DNA of 64,000 nucleotides. Source: Octopus sinensis (taxonomy: Eukaryota). The DNA lies in assembly GCF_006345805.1 (NCBI RefSeq), contig NC_043003.1:42718001-42782000 (forward strand), read 5' to 3'. Below the pieces are notes generated by a model. The model ran no database searches. It saw only the letters and a list, made by a program, of their open reading frames with translations, and was not told the origin of the DNA. Within the stretch, counting starts at the first letter, position 1, and every line of letters starts with the position of its first letter. A program made the translations under genes and the position numbers. Shown piece after piece: positions 24,453 to 38,519 of the stretch.

Positions 24453-25702
24453 TTGGGTCGTCCGGAGAATAGTGCCGATTTTTGAAGGAAAGAAAACGGT
24501 AAATAAATATTTGCCATTACATTTTTAATCAACCAATTACGAACCATTTTTTTGCACAATGTGTCTCCATCTTTCCTTTAACTTGCAAATACCCTCTTCC
24601 CAGAACTGATGTAGTTTTATGGCAAAGAATTCTTCGATATATCTTTTTACGTCATCCAAGGAATTGAAATTTTTACCATTAAGTCTATTCTGCAGAGACC
24701 TGAATAAGTGGAAATCCGAAGGAGCAATATCTGGTGAATATGGAGGGTGGGGTAACAAATCCCAGCCGAGTTGCAGCAATTTGGTCTGGTTCCCAAAGAA
24801 ACGTGCGATCTTGCATTATCATTATCATTTTGGAAAACAACACCCTTCCTATTGGCCAATTATGGACGTTTCTCTTGAATTGCTGCTTTTAACTCGTCCA
24901 GTTGTGTGCAGTATTTCTCAGAATTAATTGTCTGGTTATTTGGGAGAAGCTCATAGTACAGAATTCCTTTCCAATCCCACCAGACACAAAGCAAAACTTT
25001 TTTAGGGTGAAGACCCGCTTTTGGGGTGGCTAAGGGTGGCTCATGTCGCTTAATTCAGAATCGCTTTCTCTGAACATTTCGGTAGATATTCCATTTCTCA
25101 TCACCTGTCACAATTTGCTTTAAAAAAGGCACGTTTTCATTCCTTTTATAAAGCGAATCACAGATGGAAAAGTTTCTTCTCACTCAATTCATGTGGTACC
25201 CAAACATCGTAGTGATATGTGTACCCAAGCTTTACCAGGTGCTCATGAACGTCGGATTTTGATAGGTTGAGGCTTTCTGCCAATTCTCGGGTTATTCTCA
25301 ATTAATGACTTGATTTGGTCATCATCTGTAGTGGATGACTTGCCTGATCGATCTTTATCAATAAGGCTACAATCTCCAGCTCGGAACCTTGCGAACCACT
25401 TCCGTACAGTCCTTTCGGATAAAGAAACATCATCGTAAACTGCGCATATTTCTTTTGTTGCTTGTGAGGCATTTTTCCCTTCACGGGAAAAGAAAAGCAT
25501 CAAGTGCCGAAAATGAACTTTCTTATCTTCCAATTTAAAGGGTTACAGAATTAACTCAGGCAATAGGAACATAAACTTTCTTCCACGAAAAGATAGCTTA
25601 AACTGTGCTCTAAATGGAGGTGTAGTCAAATCCTATTTTATGGACTGAACCATGTTCTAAAATAAATCGAAAAGTAAGCTACGAACTTTCCGGACAGCCC
25701 AA
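24453..25702 (-). mobile_element. Full-length defective mariner transposon (~1.25 kb)
   Basis: TA-flanked imperfect TIRs ttgggtcgtccgga / tccggacagcccaa; ORF pieces MEDKKVHFRHLMLF..ERTVRKWFARFRAG and WDLLPHPPYSPDIAPSDFHLFRSL; frameshifted. Confidence 0.95.
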
Positions 25703-26587
25703 TAGATTTGCTGAACTAATGCCCGATCAAATTCTAGGTTTTTGTACGTAAGTTAGTAAATATTTGCATCATTTTAGAATAGTTGGACGAATATCGACGG
25801 TACAGATGTAAGAATCCTGAAAACAACCCACTTCTATTGTTCCGAAATAGAGGGGTGAGAGACGTTTAATATGTTCTGGATCAAACACTGATTTCAAGAA
25901 GCATATTTTTTCTAAACATAATTTTCCCAAAACGGTACCTTGGGGCTATTAAACGTAGATTATATTATATCGCCCCTCTTCGCGTTTTCATGGCATAATG
26001 CATTTTCTTCCATCTCAACAGGTGTGTTAATGTCACTATATTTCTTTGAAATCAGTGTCTATTTGAATTTGATCCAACGTATATTTGAGGAAGTACTATA
26101 TACAAGCCACCATCCTGGTTAATGAATGAAATGTGAATTTAGGATTAAGTTTTCGGTAACAATTCGAAGAAATCTTGTAATTAGCGCCCTCTTTGTAGTT
26201 ACGAAATATACATAAAATTTTCGTCCTGTTTTCTCTACAACTACAATCCTCTTGGTACTACCTGGTGTTAGCAAGTGGGTGAGGGAGTCACCAGTAATTT
26301 TTTCGCAATATTACAACTTCAAATAGAAAAATATGTATTAGCAAAAAAGTTTATTTACTTTTTGGGTACTAAAAATAACACAGTATAACATTTTAAAAAA
26401 TCTTTTTTTTTTTTTGGTCAGTGAGTGTAATTTCTTATTTGCTGATATCCATAAATCAAAAGAAATGACTACTATTCCCTTCAAACTTTGCTTTTGTGAT
26501 CTGGAAGTCAATATTTTGAAACTGACCTATTTTCCATTACATTTCAAGCATTTTCAACTCTGAGTTGCTGAAGCAGAAATATCGTTA

Positions 26588-26740
26588 TAGCAAATATTCT
26601 GCTCAACACCACAGATTTGCATGCCATTTGCTTGATCATAATCACTTGAGAATGCCCCTTAGTGGCTGACAATATGTACATCTTTGATCATGAGTAGGAG
26701 TAGTAAAGGAGTATCATAGCTATGTGTTTGGAGGGAATAT
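26588..26740 (+). mobile_element. Old fragment of the repeat family at 62241-62721
   Basis: agcaaatattctgctcaa.accacagatttgc...cccttagtggctgac.atatgt.catct.tgatca matches the reverse complement of ~62545-62690. Confidence 0.7.
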
Positions 26741-28357
26741 TAGCCATTTTTTCTAGGGACAAGCAAGTAGGAAATAACAGTTGCTTTCCAAGTTCCTATT
26801 CATGTTACATAGTGTTATATGATACACTTACAAAAATTTCGTTAATCAACAAGAAACGAAAAGATACCTTCATATCCAAACTGCCATTAATTATTTAAAC
26901 TGACCAGTAGCGAGATTGGACGGTTTCTTCCTTGTTGTGTATACATACATATATGAAGAGGAATTTATTCATTAGAGTAATTTCCTATTACTATTATAAA
27001 AATATATAACGTTACTATCCCCATAATAGTTATTGCATTTTTTCAAAAAATATACATATCTAGTTCGAATCCAACCTGTTACAGTGTATACCTGCAGAAA
27101 TAAAACACCTGCTACTGTTTCGGACGTCAAACTGACAGAAACGTAGGGTAGATAAAAAAGAAAATACCCAAGAAACACTGATTTCTGGATAGACACAACA
27201 CCTCTAATTACACTGATGTCATATCGTCAGTGTAATCAATCTCCTTTTAATGATATTATAATTCATCGATTGCAGAACGATGATAATCAAAACTACCATT
27301 GGCGATGGAATTAGAACTCAGAACAATTGCATAAATATCTCAGTTCTAATGCTGCCGAGGTCATATTTACTTTTATATTTCCAGAATCAATAAAATAAAG
27401 TACCTGTAAAACAATTTTTTTTTAAATCGAAAAGATAGCATTTTTAAAGATGAGGTTTATAATCTAAAAATCAAAAAACAAAAATTAAATTTCAGCCCTC
27501 TAGACATTTTATTCAGATACCTAATTGGATATCTGCGATGAAATGGCATAAATATCAAGTATGTTAGATGTCAACAGTATTTTTCTGGAGATTATTTATA
27601 TTCTTGTTTTGATTATTAAAATTTTATTATAAAAAGATGCAAATTTAAGGGAAAATATTTTCAGCGAATCTGTGTTTTTATTTTTGAGACGAATGATATT
27701 AACCTTCAGGTTAGTGTACCAAGAAAACTTCGGAAATGACTTGCACAGATGTTAAAATATATTAATATTCGAAGCACTATACAAAAACTATCACCCGTCA
27801 ACATCTGGCTAGCAATTATAATAATTTTGTTGCCCACCTCCTAACGTTTGAATTATTGTTTATATTTGTTATTAATTATTTTTGCTCTATTTTAATTACA
27901 GAGGTAAAATCATGGCTAAAGTCATGAACGATTTAATATATCTCCAGCTTCGGTTGCTTTTAGCATTCTTGCAATGCATAAAACAGTTAAACTTGAACGG
28001 TAATAGATGTATCTCTTTAGATCTTAGCATGCATATAGATTATGAGAGCATTCGGTAATTTATGTGAAGAAAAAATGCTAACACCACAATATACATTTAT
28101 ATTACAAACATTCGTATATATTTATGTGAATGTAAGTAATTATATTTAAGCATGTGTGCATGATGTGTGTGTGAGTGCAAGTTGGAATTAATGAAAGAAA
28201 AAAAAGGACACGATAGAGCTGAATAAAACAAATTAATTTAATACGTGGAATAGTGAATTTTTCAAGGTGGGGAGGATAGGAATATCAACTACATCTTGTA
28301 GTTTTTATATTTCTTAAAAATCTTATTTAGGAGAATACGCGCTTACCCCGTCTCCCA

Positions 28358-28397
<40 letters not shown>

Positions 28398-28750
28398 ACA
28401 CACACACACACACACACAGGCACTTGCTCCCTCACTTACACACACATGCGTACACATATATGCGTATTTTTTTATATTTTGATAAAAAGTTAAATTTTTA
28501 TATTTGACTCTACATTTTATATTCAATTCTTAGATCGAAACCACGTAGTCTGGTGGTCTTAGAGCTAGGGTGGGAGGAGTATTCAGTGCGAGAAGTGCAC
28601 TGAATAAATCTGCTGGAGATATCTTCCTGAGGTTAAATGGCAGTATCGTCGTCTCTCAGAGGACAACCACATTAAAGTGGCCAAATCAACACTATCAAAA
28701 AATTATTTTAACTCTTTCTCTCTCTTTTTCTGTATATATATATACAGAAA

Positions 28751-28979
28751 AGGCGGCGAGCTGGCAGAAACGTTAGCACGTCGGGCGAAATGCGTAGCCG
28801 TATTTCGTCTGCCGTTAAGTGTTCTGGGTTCAAATTCCGCCGAGGTCGACTTTGCCTTTCATCCTTTCGAGGTCGATAAATTAAGTACCAGTTACGCACT
28901 GGGGTCGATGTAATCGACTTGATCCCTTTGTCTGTCCTTGTTTGTCCCCTCTATGTTTAGCCCCTTGTGGGTAGTAAAG

Positions 28980-28983
<4 letters not shown>
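28751..28983 (+). mobile_element. SINE family A monomer
   Basis: Close to the window consensus; between (TA)n runs. Confidence 0.92.
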
Positions 28984-29024
<41 letters not shown>

Positions 29025-29327
29025 TACTTATAAATAAGAGCAAAACGAATAAAATTCTTTACCAATACGCTGAAGAGAGAGAAAATAGATGCTAAATCTT
29101 CTAACCCCATAAAATATTTTCATTTGTATTATTACACCACGTGGCGAAATGAGGAAAGCGAGGTAACAGAACTTCATAAAAATATAGTTATCCCCTAATC
29201 GGTTACGCTTTCTGGATTAATCCAAAAAGGAATTTTTCTTCATCAACGAGGAACGCAAAATGAAAATAAATGAAATACTTAGACATACCCACGGAAAAGC
29301 AGATGCAAAGTCACGTATACATTTAAG

Positions 29328-29378
<51 letters not shown>

Positions 29379-29550
29379 AAGGTTTGGAGGTGATATACAG
29401 GTATTATATATTAGAAGGAATAAGATACTCAGAATTCTGGAGAGTCTACAAACGTAGATGCAACCGCATATATATGATTTATAAAAACATGGGACATATT
29501 AATAATATCTGTAAATTTAAAACCATCCTGATTTCTGAGTACCTTATTTC

Positions 29551-29606
<56 letters not shown>

Positions 29607-32571
29607 TAAATAGATAGATAGTGTGTGTGTGTGAATGTGTAAGAGTATATACGTGTGTATATTTACATGCATAATGAAATATGAATGTATAAACATACAC
29701 AGACGCGCGCGCGCGTGTGTGCGTGTGTGTGTGCACTACTTGAAGAGCTGATCGCCAGTCTAGAAAAGTCATCTTCAGTCATCTTCAGTAAGGAATAAGA
29801 TTCTGATTAATAGCAACAGTTACAACAAAGAAACTATTGCCAGGTAGAATTTAAACACGCTTGAATGACTGGGCAACTTAAAAGTTGAACAGGGATGAAA
29901 ACACTATAAAGATACATAAGATCGAAACTCGGCTTGGCCTTCTCTCCTATGGTGAAGCTGAAATCAGTTCCAGAAATGCAATCTGTATAAATCTCTGGTT
30001 CGATTATTCTTTATGGATACTAACATTGGATTCTTACAGCGACGAAGAACGAAGAACCCTGGCTTTCGAGCAAGTTTTAAATGCCCATAACTTCTTGTAC
30101 AAATATATATTTAACCAGGACTCACCGTCCAAAACTATTCCCTGCATCACAGTTAAAACAAAAAAAAAAATCTCCCATAATAAGAAAATATTTGTTTGAC
30201 AACTTAGAGGTATAGGCCGAGCGCGACACCCCTAGCGTGGTGGAGAACATAAAGGACTGGAGATTGTGATTGCCAGAAAGCTTAATGTGGTGTCTCAACG
30301 CACAAGACACGGGAGATTTTATGCTGATGGCATGCACCCCCCTCACACACACATACACACGCATCACTCGATCGCATACACAATAAAAACGACTGTTTAG
30401 GAGCAGCCTCGTTTCGAACTCCATGAAACTTACATTTTTTGTTAATCATATTCTAAGGACACACGATTCGATCAAACTTATTTTAGTCCAACATTTTGAT
30501 GATTTATACTATTGAAACACAGACATATTTTAGTCGGGAAATATATGGAACACTAACTCTATCTAAATGCTTGAAGTGTACTGTATATTAACAACTAGAA
30601 ACAAATTTTAAGAAGAATAACTCCGGATTTACTTGAACACATATCGTAGTGAACTGCTGATCGATATACTCTGCTCGCTCTAATGATTCGGGCGATCATA
30701 ATCATGCAACTTGTGATAGTTAGTATTCATTAGATCTCAGACATAGACAAATAATCACAAATCTCTGGAGAAATAGTTAGCTTAGTTGAAATCCCTCAAG
30801 TTATCCAAATAGGGTAGTCTTCGCCGTGATGCCAATGACGGCAGTCTTCTTTTAAAATATAATGGTAGTAAACAACTAACTTGCAACAGTTAATGCTGAC
30901 ATATACCAGTTAGTACTAACTGCATCCTCTCGGGAACGACGCATCATTCCAACAAGCAATTCGCACTTAAGGATAATTGATCTAACTGATACCTCAAACC
31001 AGTGCATATTAAGTTCAATGCTATCGAATTGAATACACGAGGCAATAAAGTCTGAAGAGCAATGGAGTGAATCGTCTGCTTTTTTTAATTGTCGGGAAAT
31101 AAAGGAAGCGATCTATATATGGTTGAGTTCTTAGAGGAAATTTTGTTGCTTCTTTTTTCTTTTGTTTTATTTTATAAGGAAATAAACTCGTGCAAAGACA
31201 GACCAGGTGATTTGAAAGGCAATGTAACTATATTTAAGAATAATGTTCTCGTACTTTAAATATCGATATAATAGTTGTAATGAATTAAAAATAAGAATAA
31301 TGAAAAATAGGAAAAAAAAAAGGAAATCAATGAATGCTGCTACTCTTTGGAACTGGAGCGAATAGAAATAGAAAGTCTTCACAACTTAAGTGCAGAGAAA
31401 AAGAGAGAGAGAGAGACAGACAGACAGAGAGACAGAAAGTAAGAGAGAAAGTGGGAGACGTCTAGTAATGCGTACTCAGCTAACTTACCTGCAAACAGGA
31501 CATCGTGTATGTATATATATATATAGGGAGAGAGAGAGAGAAGGGGGAAAGAGAGAGATGGATATACACATATACATGCATTTATACACACACACACATA
31601 CATATATTATGTAGATATAGTAACAGCTCAAGCTGTGAGCAGTTAAAGCACACCTGAATATTCCAGTATTCTAAAGTATTCTAAATCCGTATAAAGATGC
31701 TATATTTGTGTGAGGTATGCATAAGAGTTAAAGATACTGGAGAATATTTTATCAGAGTAGTAAAATTCAAAACAGAAGATTGGGTGAAACGTTTTGCATT
31801 ATTTAATTACCCTGACTATTTGTTGATAGGAGTTCCAAAACTGTACTTGTAGTAGAAAGCATGCAAAATCTTTATCATTAGAGAGATAATCAAATAATAT
31901 TAGAAATAATATTAAATGTATTACAGATAATATATAAAATTTTGTAACTCCTATTATCACACGAAACACATGTAATGGTGACAAAATATTACCCATAATA
32001 TTTTCAATCTCCACGCACGACTCTATAAGGCAGACCCCCGGCAGATAATTATCCCCCAACACCCCCAACACATACCCCATCACGCAAATTGTACCCACAC
32101 ATATGCACAAACTCCATACGCACACATCACACATTACATACTAAACGCTAAAATTAAAACAAAACCTCCACGACTTTATTCTTTAAAGAAAGAAAACAGA
32201 TCGATGAACACAGCTATTAATAATACACACTTTTCCTATTTCAAGATAACTCTTGCCAGCCTCACAACATACACAGTAAAAGGACACAACTCCTAATCCA
32301 ATCTTCTGGACCCTTTTCCGTTCCACCACCTCTTTTACAGCAGCCACTGACCGGTTGTGCTAATCCCCCTCCGACAATAGAGAGCAGCCGCCATATTCCC
32401 TTCCATATCGGCTGTCTCTAATGAGTGTAAAGTTATATAATCGGATTGTTACCTAACACTCCATGGTATTCTTTATGCGAAACCGTTTGGTAAGATCAGG
32501 CGTGATGGATATATAATACTATAAAATTCAGATAGTATGTATATGTGTGTACATGCACACACATACATATA

Positions 32572-33517
32572 CGAGGTCTGATCAATAAGTATCTGGTTTG
32601 TTGCTAGTAACGAAGTTAAAGCACGCAAAGTAAAACCGCTTGGCACAGATTGACCTTGAGCGCTGTTGTAGATGCACACTACATTATAACGTTCTAGCTC
32701 ATAATCCCTGCTTACAGCAGTGCTTGAAATGAAGGGGTGTAGCGTGTGATCGTCACACTGACCATGATAGTCAAAGTTGTCATGGCAATACCTGCTCAGA
32801 GGCCTGCGCAAAGTTGCAGAAAGTGCAAGTTTTGGAGAGGAGTGTATGAGCTGCACACAAATGTACGAGTGGTTCACATGTTATCAAGATGATCGAAAAA
32901 AAGGTCGATAATGACGGACTTACTGGGAGACCCGCGACGAGCAGATCTGAGAAAAACATCGCAGATGTAGGTGCAGCTGTGCGGTGAAATAGTCGAATCA
33001 CAATCCATGAGTTATCAGAGGATGTGCAGATTTGTTATGGCTCAGTTCAGTCTATTACCACTGAAGATTTGGATATGAGACGCGTCTGACAAGTTTGAGC
33101 TAAAACTACTTTCAGATGACCAAATAGACACTCATGTTTCATTGGCGCAAGATTCCTTGATTACGTCATGAACGATGAAAACTTTCTGAAAACTTTGCGT
33201 AGGCTTCTGAGCAGGTATTGGCAGGCTTTTGGCAAAATTTGATGCAGATTCTTTGATCAACTTTGTCATGTTCGATGTGACAATCACACACTACTCACGT
33301 TCGTTCTAAGCACTGCTGTAAACGGCGGAAGTAAGCTAGAACGTTGAAGCTTAGTGCACTTGTACAGCAGAGTTCAAGGTGAATCTGTGGCAAGCGGTGC
33401 TCCAGCATGGCCGCAATCAAATGACTGAAACAAGTAAGAAAAAAAAAGCGGCTTCACTCTGTATGCTTTAGTTTAGTTGCTATCGCAGCAATTTGTATAC
33501 TTATTGATCACACCACC
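32572..33517 (+). mobile_element. Internally deleted mariner-type element with ~210-bp imperfect inverted repeats
   Basis: TA-cgaggtctgatcaataagtat ... atacttattgatcacaccacc-TA; hand translation GEECMSCTQMYEWF..GRPATSRSEKNIADV..RITIHELSEDVQICYGSVQSI (mariner N-terminal HTH); catalytic region missing. Confidence 0.85.
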
Positions 33518-33927
33518 TATGCATACATACGTACATATAAAGTATATGTAAGTATTCGTGTGTTATATGTATATATATATATATATGTGTGTATTTATGT
33601 TACTATCTGAGTATATTACACAGATGAAGCAAAGCATTTCTTATGCAAAGTCAGAAATCCGGGATCTGGAATTATCCAGTAATTCTTTGCTAGTTCATCT
33701 TGTCATAGTGTTGTATGAACATTTAATGTGGTTTTAAAGTCAAGTTTTGGCTGCTATTTCCAGCGTGGAGGTGTCTCTTCGATACATTAAATTATAATTT
33801 TAATAATAATTCATGCATACGTACATATAGACAGACTAATATCAGTATGTCTGAGTGCAAATGGTAGGAAGATTTTCCTTTAGTATTCTTTTTTCATAAT
33901 ATCAGTCATGATATGTTTCAAATTCAC

Positions 33928-34128
33928 AAAAGGCGGCGAGCTAGCAGAACCGTTAGCACGCCGGGCGAAATGCGTGGCCGTAATTCGTCGACTTTGCCTT
34001 TCATCCTTTCGTGGTCGATAAATTAAGTACCAGTTACGCACTGGGGTCGATGTAATCGACTTAATCCGTTTGTCTGTCCTTGTTTGTCCCCTCTATGTTT
34101 AGCTCATTGTGTGTAATAAAGAAACAGG
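33928..34128 (+). mobile_element. SINE family A, internal deletion, 16-bp TSD
   Basis: tatgtttcaaattcac at 33912-33927 and 34129-34144. Confidence 0.9.
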
Positions 34129-34884
34129 TATGTTTCAAATTCACTGTTGAATAGTAATATATAACACGCTATCCTTCATGCGGTTTGCTCGATCTGTTTC
34201 AAATTTTCAAATACCTAGCAAATCTCTCCCTCATTGTAGCATAATACATTAAAACAAGTAAAAATAAAAACAAAAACAAAAACAAAAAACAATAACGTAA
34301 CCTTGTGTTTGTCTTCACATCGAAAGAAACTGCATTATTACGGCTACAATGAAATTGACTAAGAGTTTGCTCACTTAGGATCTGGGATAAGTGACAAGAA
34401 AAACAATCCGAGAAAATGTTACCTTCTGTGTCTCAGTGATCCATGCATACCACATACGATCGTATTTACATGCAATAATGCTCTCTCTCCCTCGCTCACA
34501 CACTCACACACACACTCTCTCTCTCACATACACACACAAACGCAAATGTGCGCGCACATATGTGCATAAACATAACGAGGCATACACACATTATATCATA
34601 CATGACTAATTCTATTGCGATAGGAATCTAACAAACTAATTCGATACATATTGAAAGAATTAGATGGATTTTGTATTTACCCTATCTGAAAATTTGGCCC
34701 TAGTCTTGTTTCATTTGCACAATGAGACAAGTATTATTACTTTTGCATCGAAGTATGTTATACCGAAGTATTTTACACTTGTCTATCTTTTTGTTTGGCG
34801 TCCCCCCCCCTTCCTCTCTTTCATTCTATCAGTTAGTCTTGCCGCTATGATCTATTCTTACACATATCTTTTCTCTCGGCAATG

Positions 34885-35046
34885 CACAGTGATGACGACG
34901 ATGATGACAGTAATGATGATGATGATGATAATGATGATGATAAAGATGGTGGTGGTGATGATGATGATGATGGTGAAGATGAACCTCATCCTCATCATCA
35001 TTCCATTCCTATTCTACTTTACATATGTTCTTTCCCCTTCACAAAT

Positions 35047-35094
<48 letters not shown>

Positions 35095-35126
35095 CATGTG
35101 TGTATATACATATATATGTATATATG

Positions 35127-35195
<69 letters not shown>
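34885..35195. repeat. (GAT)n-rich tract followed by (TA)n-rich tract
   Basis: Direct reading. Confidence 0.93.
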
Positions 35196-35198
<3 letters not shown>

Positions 35199-35992
35199 AA
35201 ACGCTATGTATATATGTATGTATACATTCATACACACACAGATATACGAGAAAAGGAGAGAGAAATATGAGGGTAGAGAGAGTGAGAGGTAATGACATAA
35301 AGGAAAACTGGAAAATAATTTTACTTACAAGTTATATATATGTGTGTGTGTATGTGCGTGTGTGTGCCTGGGTGTGTTAGCCCTCATATGTGTGAGTGTG
35401 TTTCTGCGTATACCTGTGTGTGAGTGCTTGTGTGCGCGCCAGTGTGTTTATACGTAACAAGGGATCAAAATATCTTTTCGATGAATAGTCAAACACCAAA
35501 GACCATTTAGAGATGAAGAAAACTATGTGTAATATGTTGAGGCGTCATCTGGGAAGGACTGAAATTGATGGCTTATATTACATATACATTGTGTATTTAT
35601 TACATCATATATATCAGAAGCCTATCCCTGAATAACACGGCTAAATATTGTTGCCTGTGAGCTGTATGATGACAATCAATGAATAAAACATCAAAGAGAT
35701 ATTTAGCTTTGAGAATTAATGACCTTCTACTATAAGGTCGTTAATTCTTGTAAGTACTACAGAGTGGTCTTGGTTTGGCGGTGATGCGGTTTCATGTGCG
35801 TAGGATGGTGTGGAGTCCGTAGTGTGAAACAGAGATACATCAAGAGTGTGTGGTTGGTAACATTACTCTCAAGACCCAAGCTGACAGGTGGCTTTGAACT
35901 GAGAGCGACAGAAGAAACACTCGTCAGTTTTACAATGCTGCTACTGTTTACAGCGTCGAATTATCTGACTAAATTTCCCACTCAATTTCAGT

Positions 35993-36021
35993 ATTGTTGT
36001 TAGTAGTAGTAGTAGTAGCAG

Positions 36022-36055
<34 letters not shown>

Positions 36056-36194
36056 AGTATCAGTAGTATCAGTAGTAGAAGTAGTAGTAGTAGTAGTAGT
36101 TGTAGTATCAGTAGTAGCAGTTGTTGTTGTTGTTGTTGTTGCTGTAGTATCAGTAGTATCAGTAGTAGAAGTAGTAGTAGTAGTAGTATCAGTA

Positions 36195-36243
<49 letters not shown>

Positions 36244-36285
36244 CACTGATTTTGTTGTTGTTACTATTGTTATTGTTGCTCATGT
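35993..36285. repeat. Compound (GTA)n/(GTT)n microsatellite with repeated agtatcagtagtatcagtagtagaag blocks
   Basis: Direct reading. Confidence 0.95.
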
Positions 36286-36465
36286 AAACTTTGTGATACA
36301 ACAACTGCAAAAGAAGCGACAGGAACAACAATCTAAACAATAACATATGGTAAAACTACGAAACAAAAGAAAAACCAAAGACCAAAGGAATAAAATACAT
36401 TTGAAGCAATTAAAAAGAGCAGAATAGATACATGTAGAATCTCATTCAGAATAGATACATTTAGA

Positions 36466-36681
36466 AGGCGGCGAGCTGGTAGAATCGTTAGCACGCCGGG
36501 CGAAATGTTTAGTGGTATTTCGTCTGTCTTTACGTTCTGGTTTCAAATTCCACTGAGGTCGACTTTGCCTTTCATCCCTTCGGGGTCGATAAATTAAGTA
36601 CCAGTTGCGAACTGGGGTCGATCTAATCGACAGGCCCCCTCCTCCCTCAAAATTTTGGGCCTTTTGCCTCGAGTAGAAAAG
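36466..36681 (+). mobile_element. SINE family A monomer
   Basis: Head and type-2 tail; agaatagatacat.tagaa repeated on both flanks (TSD-like). Confidence 0.9.
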
Positions 36682-36799
36682 AATAGATACATCTAGAATC
36701 TCATTCAGTCTGTACGAGCTCAGTTCAAATGCCGCTGAAGTGAAATTCCATTTTTTAAAATTTCTCATTTCGTTGTCGATAAAATAAAAACGATAAACG

Positions 36800-37097
36800 T
36801 TGCCCTTTTCAAACCTAACCAGGCTCATGGGCCCGGTTTTCCGGTTTCTGTGGCGTATGTTTTCCCCCAACTGGACGGGACGCCAGTCCATCGCAGCGTT
36901 ACTCAAGAAACAAGAAGAGAGAGTGAAATTTGTGGCGAAAGACTACAACAGGGGTCACCACCACCTCTGCCGGAGCCTCGTGGAACTTTTAGGTGTTTTC
37001 GCTCAATAAATACACACAACGCCCGGTCTGGGAATCGAAACTGCGATCCTCCGACCGCGAGTCCGCTGCCATAACCACTGGGCGATTGCGCCTCCAC
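36800..37097 (-). mobile_element. SINE family C, full length
   Basis: Minus strand gtggaggcgcaatcgcccagtggttatggcagcggactcgcgg...gtttcgattcccagacc. Confidence 0.88.
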
Positions 37098-37268
37098 TGT
37101 CGATAAAATACCAATCTTTTACTACAGTCGTTATTTCTTTCTCTCTGAGAAAAAAAATTAGTTGTGATCAAACCTGAAAAATGATGGTCTCCACCCAAAT
37201 TTAGATACCTTTAGCACTACGAATATTTGTATGCTGAGAGCCCAAAGAAGTACGGACGGTAAATCATG

Positions 37269-37364
37269 TCCAGTCCAATGTAGGTGAATCAAGATTAATC
37301 TAAATGAATTCAAATCTCCAGTCCAATGTAGGTGAATCAAGATTAATCTAAATGAATTCAAATC
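37269..37364. repeat. Perfect 48-bp tandem duplication
   Basis: tccagtccaatgtaggtgaatcaagattaatctaaatgaattcaaatc x2. Confidence 0.95.
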
Positions 37365-37549
37365 GCATATCTGTAATTAGTAGAAGTGCCATCAATGTTA
37401 AAGATAATTACTTTCGTTTCGACTGGTTAAAAATTCTTTTGGTTCCCCTTCGGTAAGTATATTAGGCTGCACTTCACTATATGGGCTCCGGGAAGTTTTC
37501 AATATCCTTATCAGAGATGGTATTCTTAATATTTCTATCATACGATAAA

Positions 37550-37745
37550 CCGGCGAGCTGGCAGAATCCTTAGCACGCCGGGGAAAATGCTTAGCGTCAT
37601 TTCGTCCGGCTTTACGTTTTGTGTTAAAATTCCTACGAGTTCTACTTTGACATTCATCCTTTCAGAGTTCATAAAATAAATACCAGTTGAGAACTGGGTT
37701 CGATGTAATCGATTCATCCGCTTCTCTGAAATTGCTGTCTTTGAG
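37550..37745 (+). mobile_element. SINE family A, diverged
   Basis: cggcgagctggcagaatccttagcacgccggg. Confidence 0.8.
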
Positions 37746-38456
37746 CTAAAATTTGAAACCAATATTTCTGTCATAAGATCAATCAACAACACAAAAGATA
37801 GGATCACCACGCATTTACAATTTTTCTTGAACAACAGGGGATTTTGTGCTTTCAACGAGTTATTTCTTTTATATAGCAGTAGGGTGTTATTTTATATATG
37901 TCTCGGTGTTATTTAGAACATGTTACGAGATTAAGTAGGCGTCTGTATAACTTATTTCATAATAGTTGTAAATGCGTCGAGTAGTCGCAAAATATTTGCC
38001 ATTTGTTGGATGATTAAGAAAGAAAGGAGAACCAATTCCTCTGGCATTTGATCGGGGCAGTCTTAAGAAAGAAACCTGTGGCAATGATTTAAAGGCCTGG
38101 ATACACGCGTCTGATATTATCATTGATTTCTGACAAAGCTTCAGATAAATCTCATCCTCAAGTCTATCTATTTATCGGATTTTGCTTCTGCGGTCAGATT
38201 TCTGTCTCAAAGTTGAAGCTTTATCTCAACGATTGCCGAATACAAACGATAGAATCAATCAAAGAAAATTCAAAAGAAACTTACGTACTAGCCTTCAAAA
38301 TGTGTTACCGTGAAATCTAAGAAATCTGTATATCAAAATTCGAAGTAAAACAATAATTTTGTTAAAATTTGCTCACTTTTAAGCAGACTACTTGCTCACG
38401 TGTGTGTGTATATATTTATATCTACGCACATACACACACACACACACACTCACGCA

Positions 38457-38519
<63 letters not shown>

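Noticed and set aside
29740-29770. TTGAAGA-GCTG..CAGT-cta-GAAA hammerhead-like string
   Set aside because: Three extra bases before GAAA and no stem I or III complement
29885-30199. 104-aa plus-strand ORF
   Set aside because: No domain similarity recognised and a non-ATG start; only the antisense microexon signal was kept
34664-35380. Longest ORF (238 aa) and the overlapping Asp-rich ORF 34882-35292
   Set aside because: Open only because (GAT)n and (TA)n tracts lack stops in those frames
261-37097. tRNA-like A/B-box sequences at SINE heads
   Set aside because: No complete cloverleaf; each continues into a SINE body, so they are not tRNA genes
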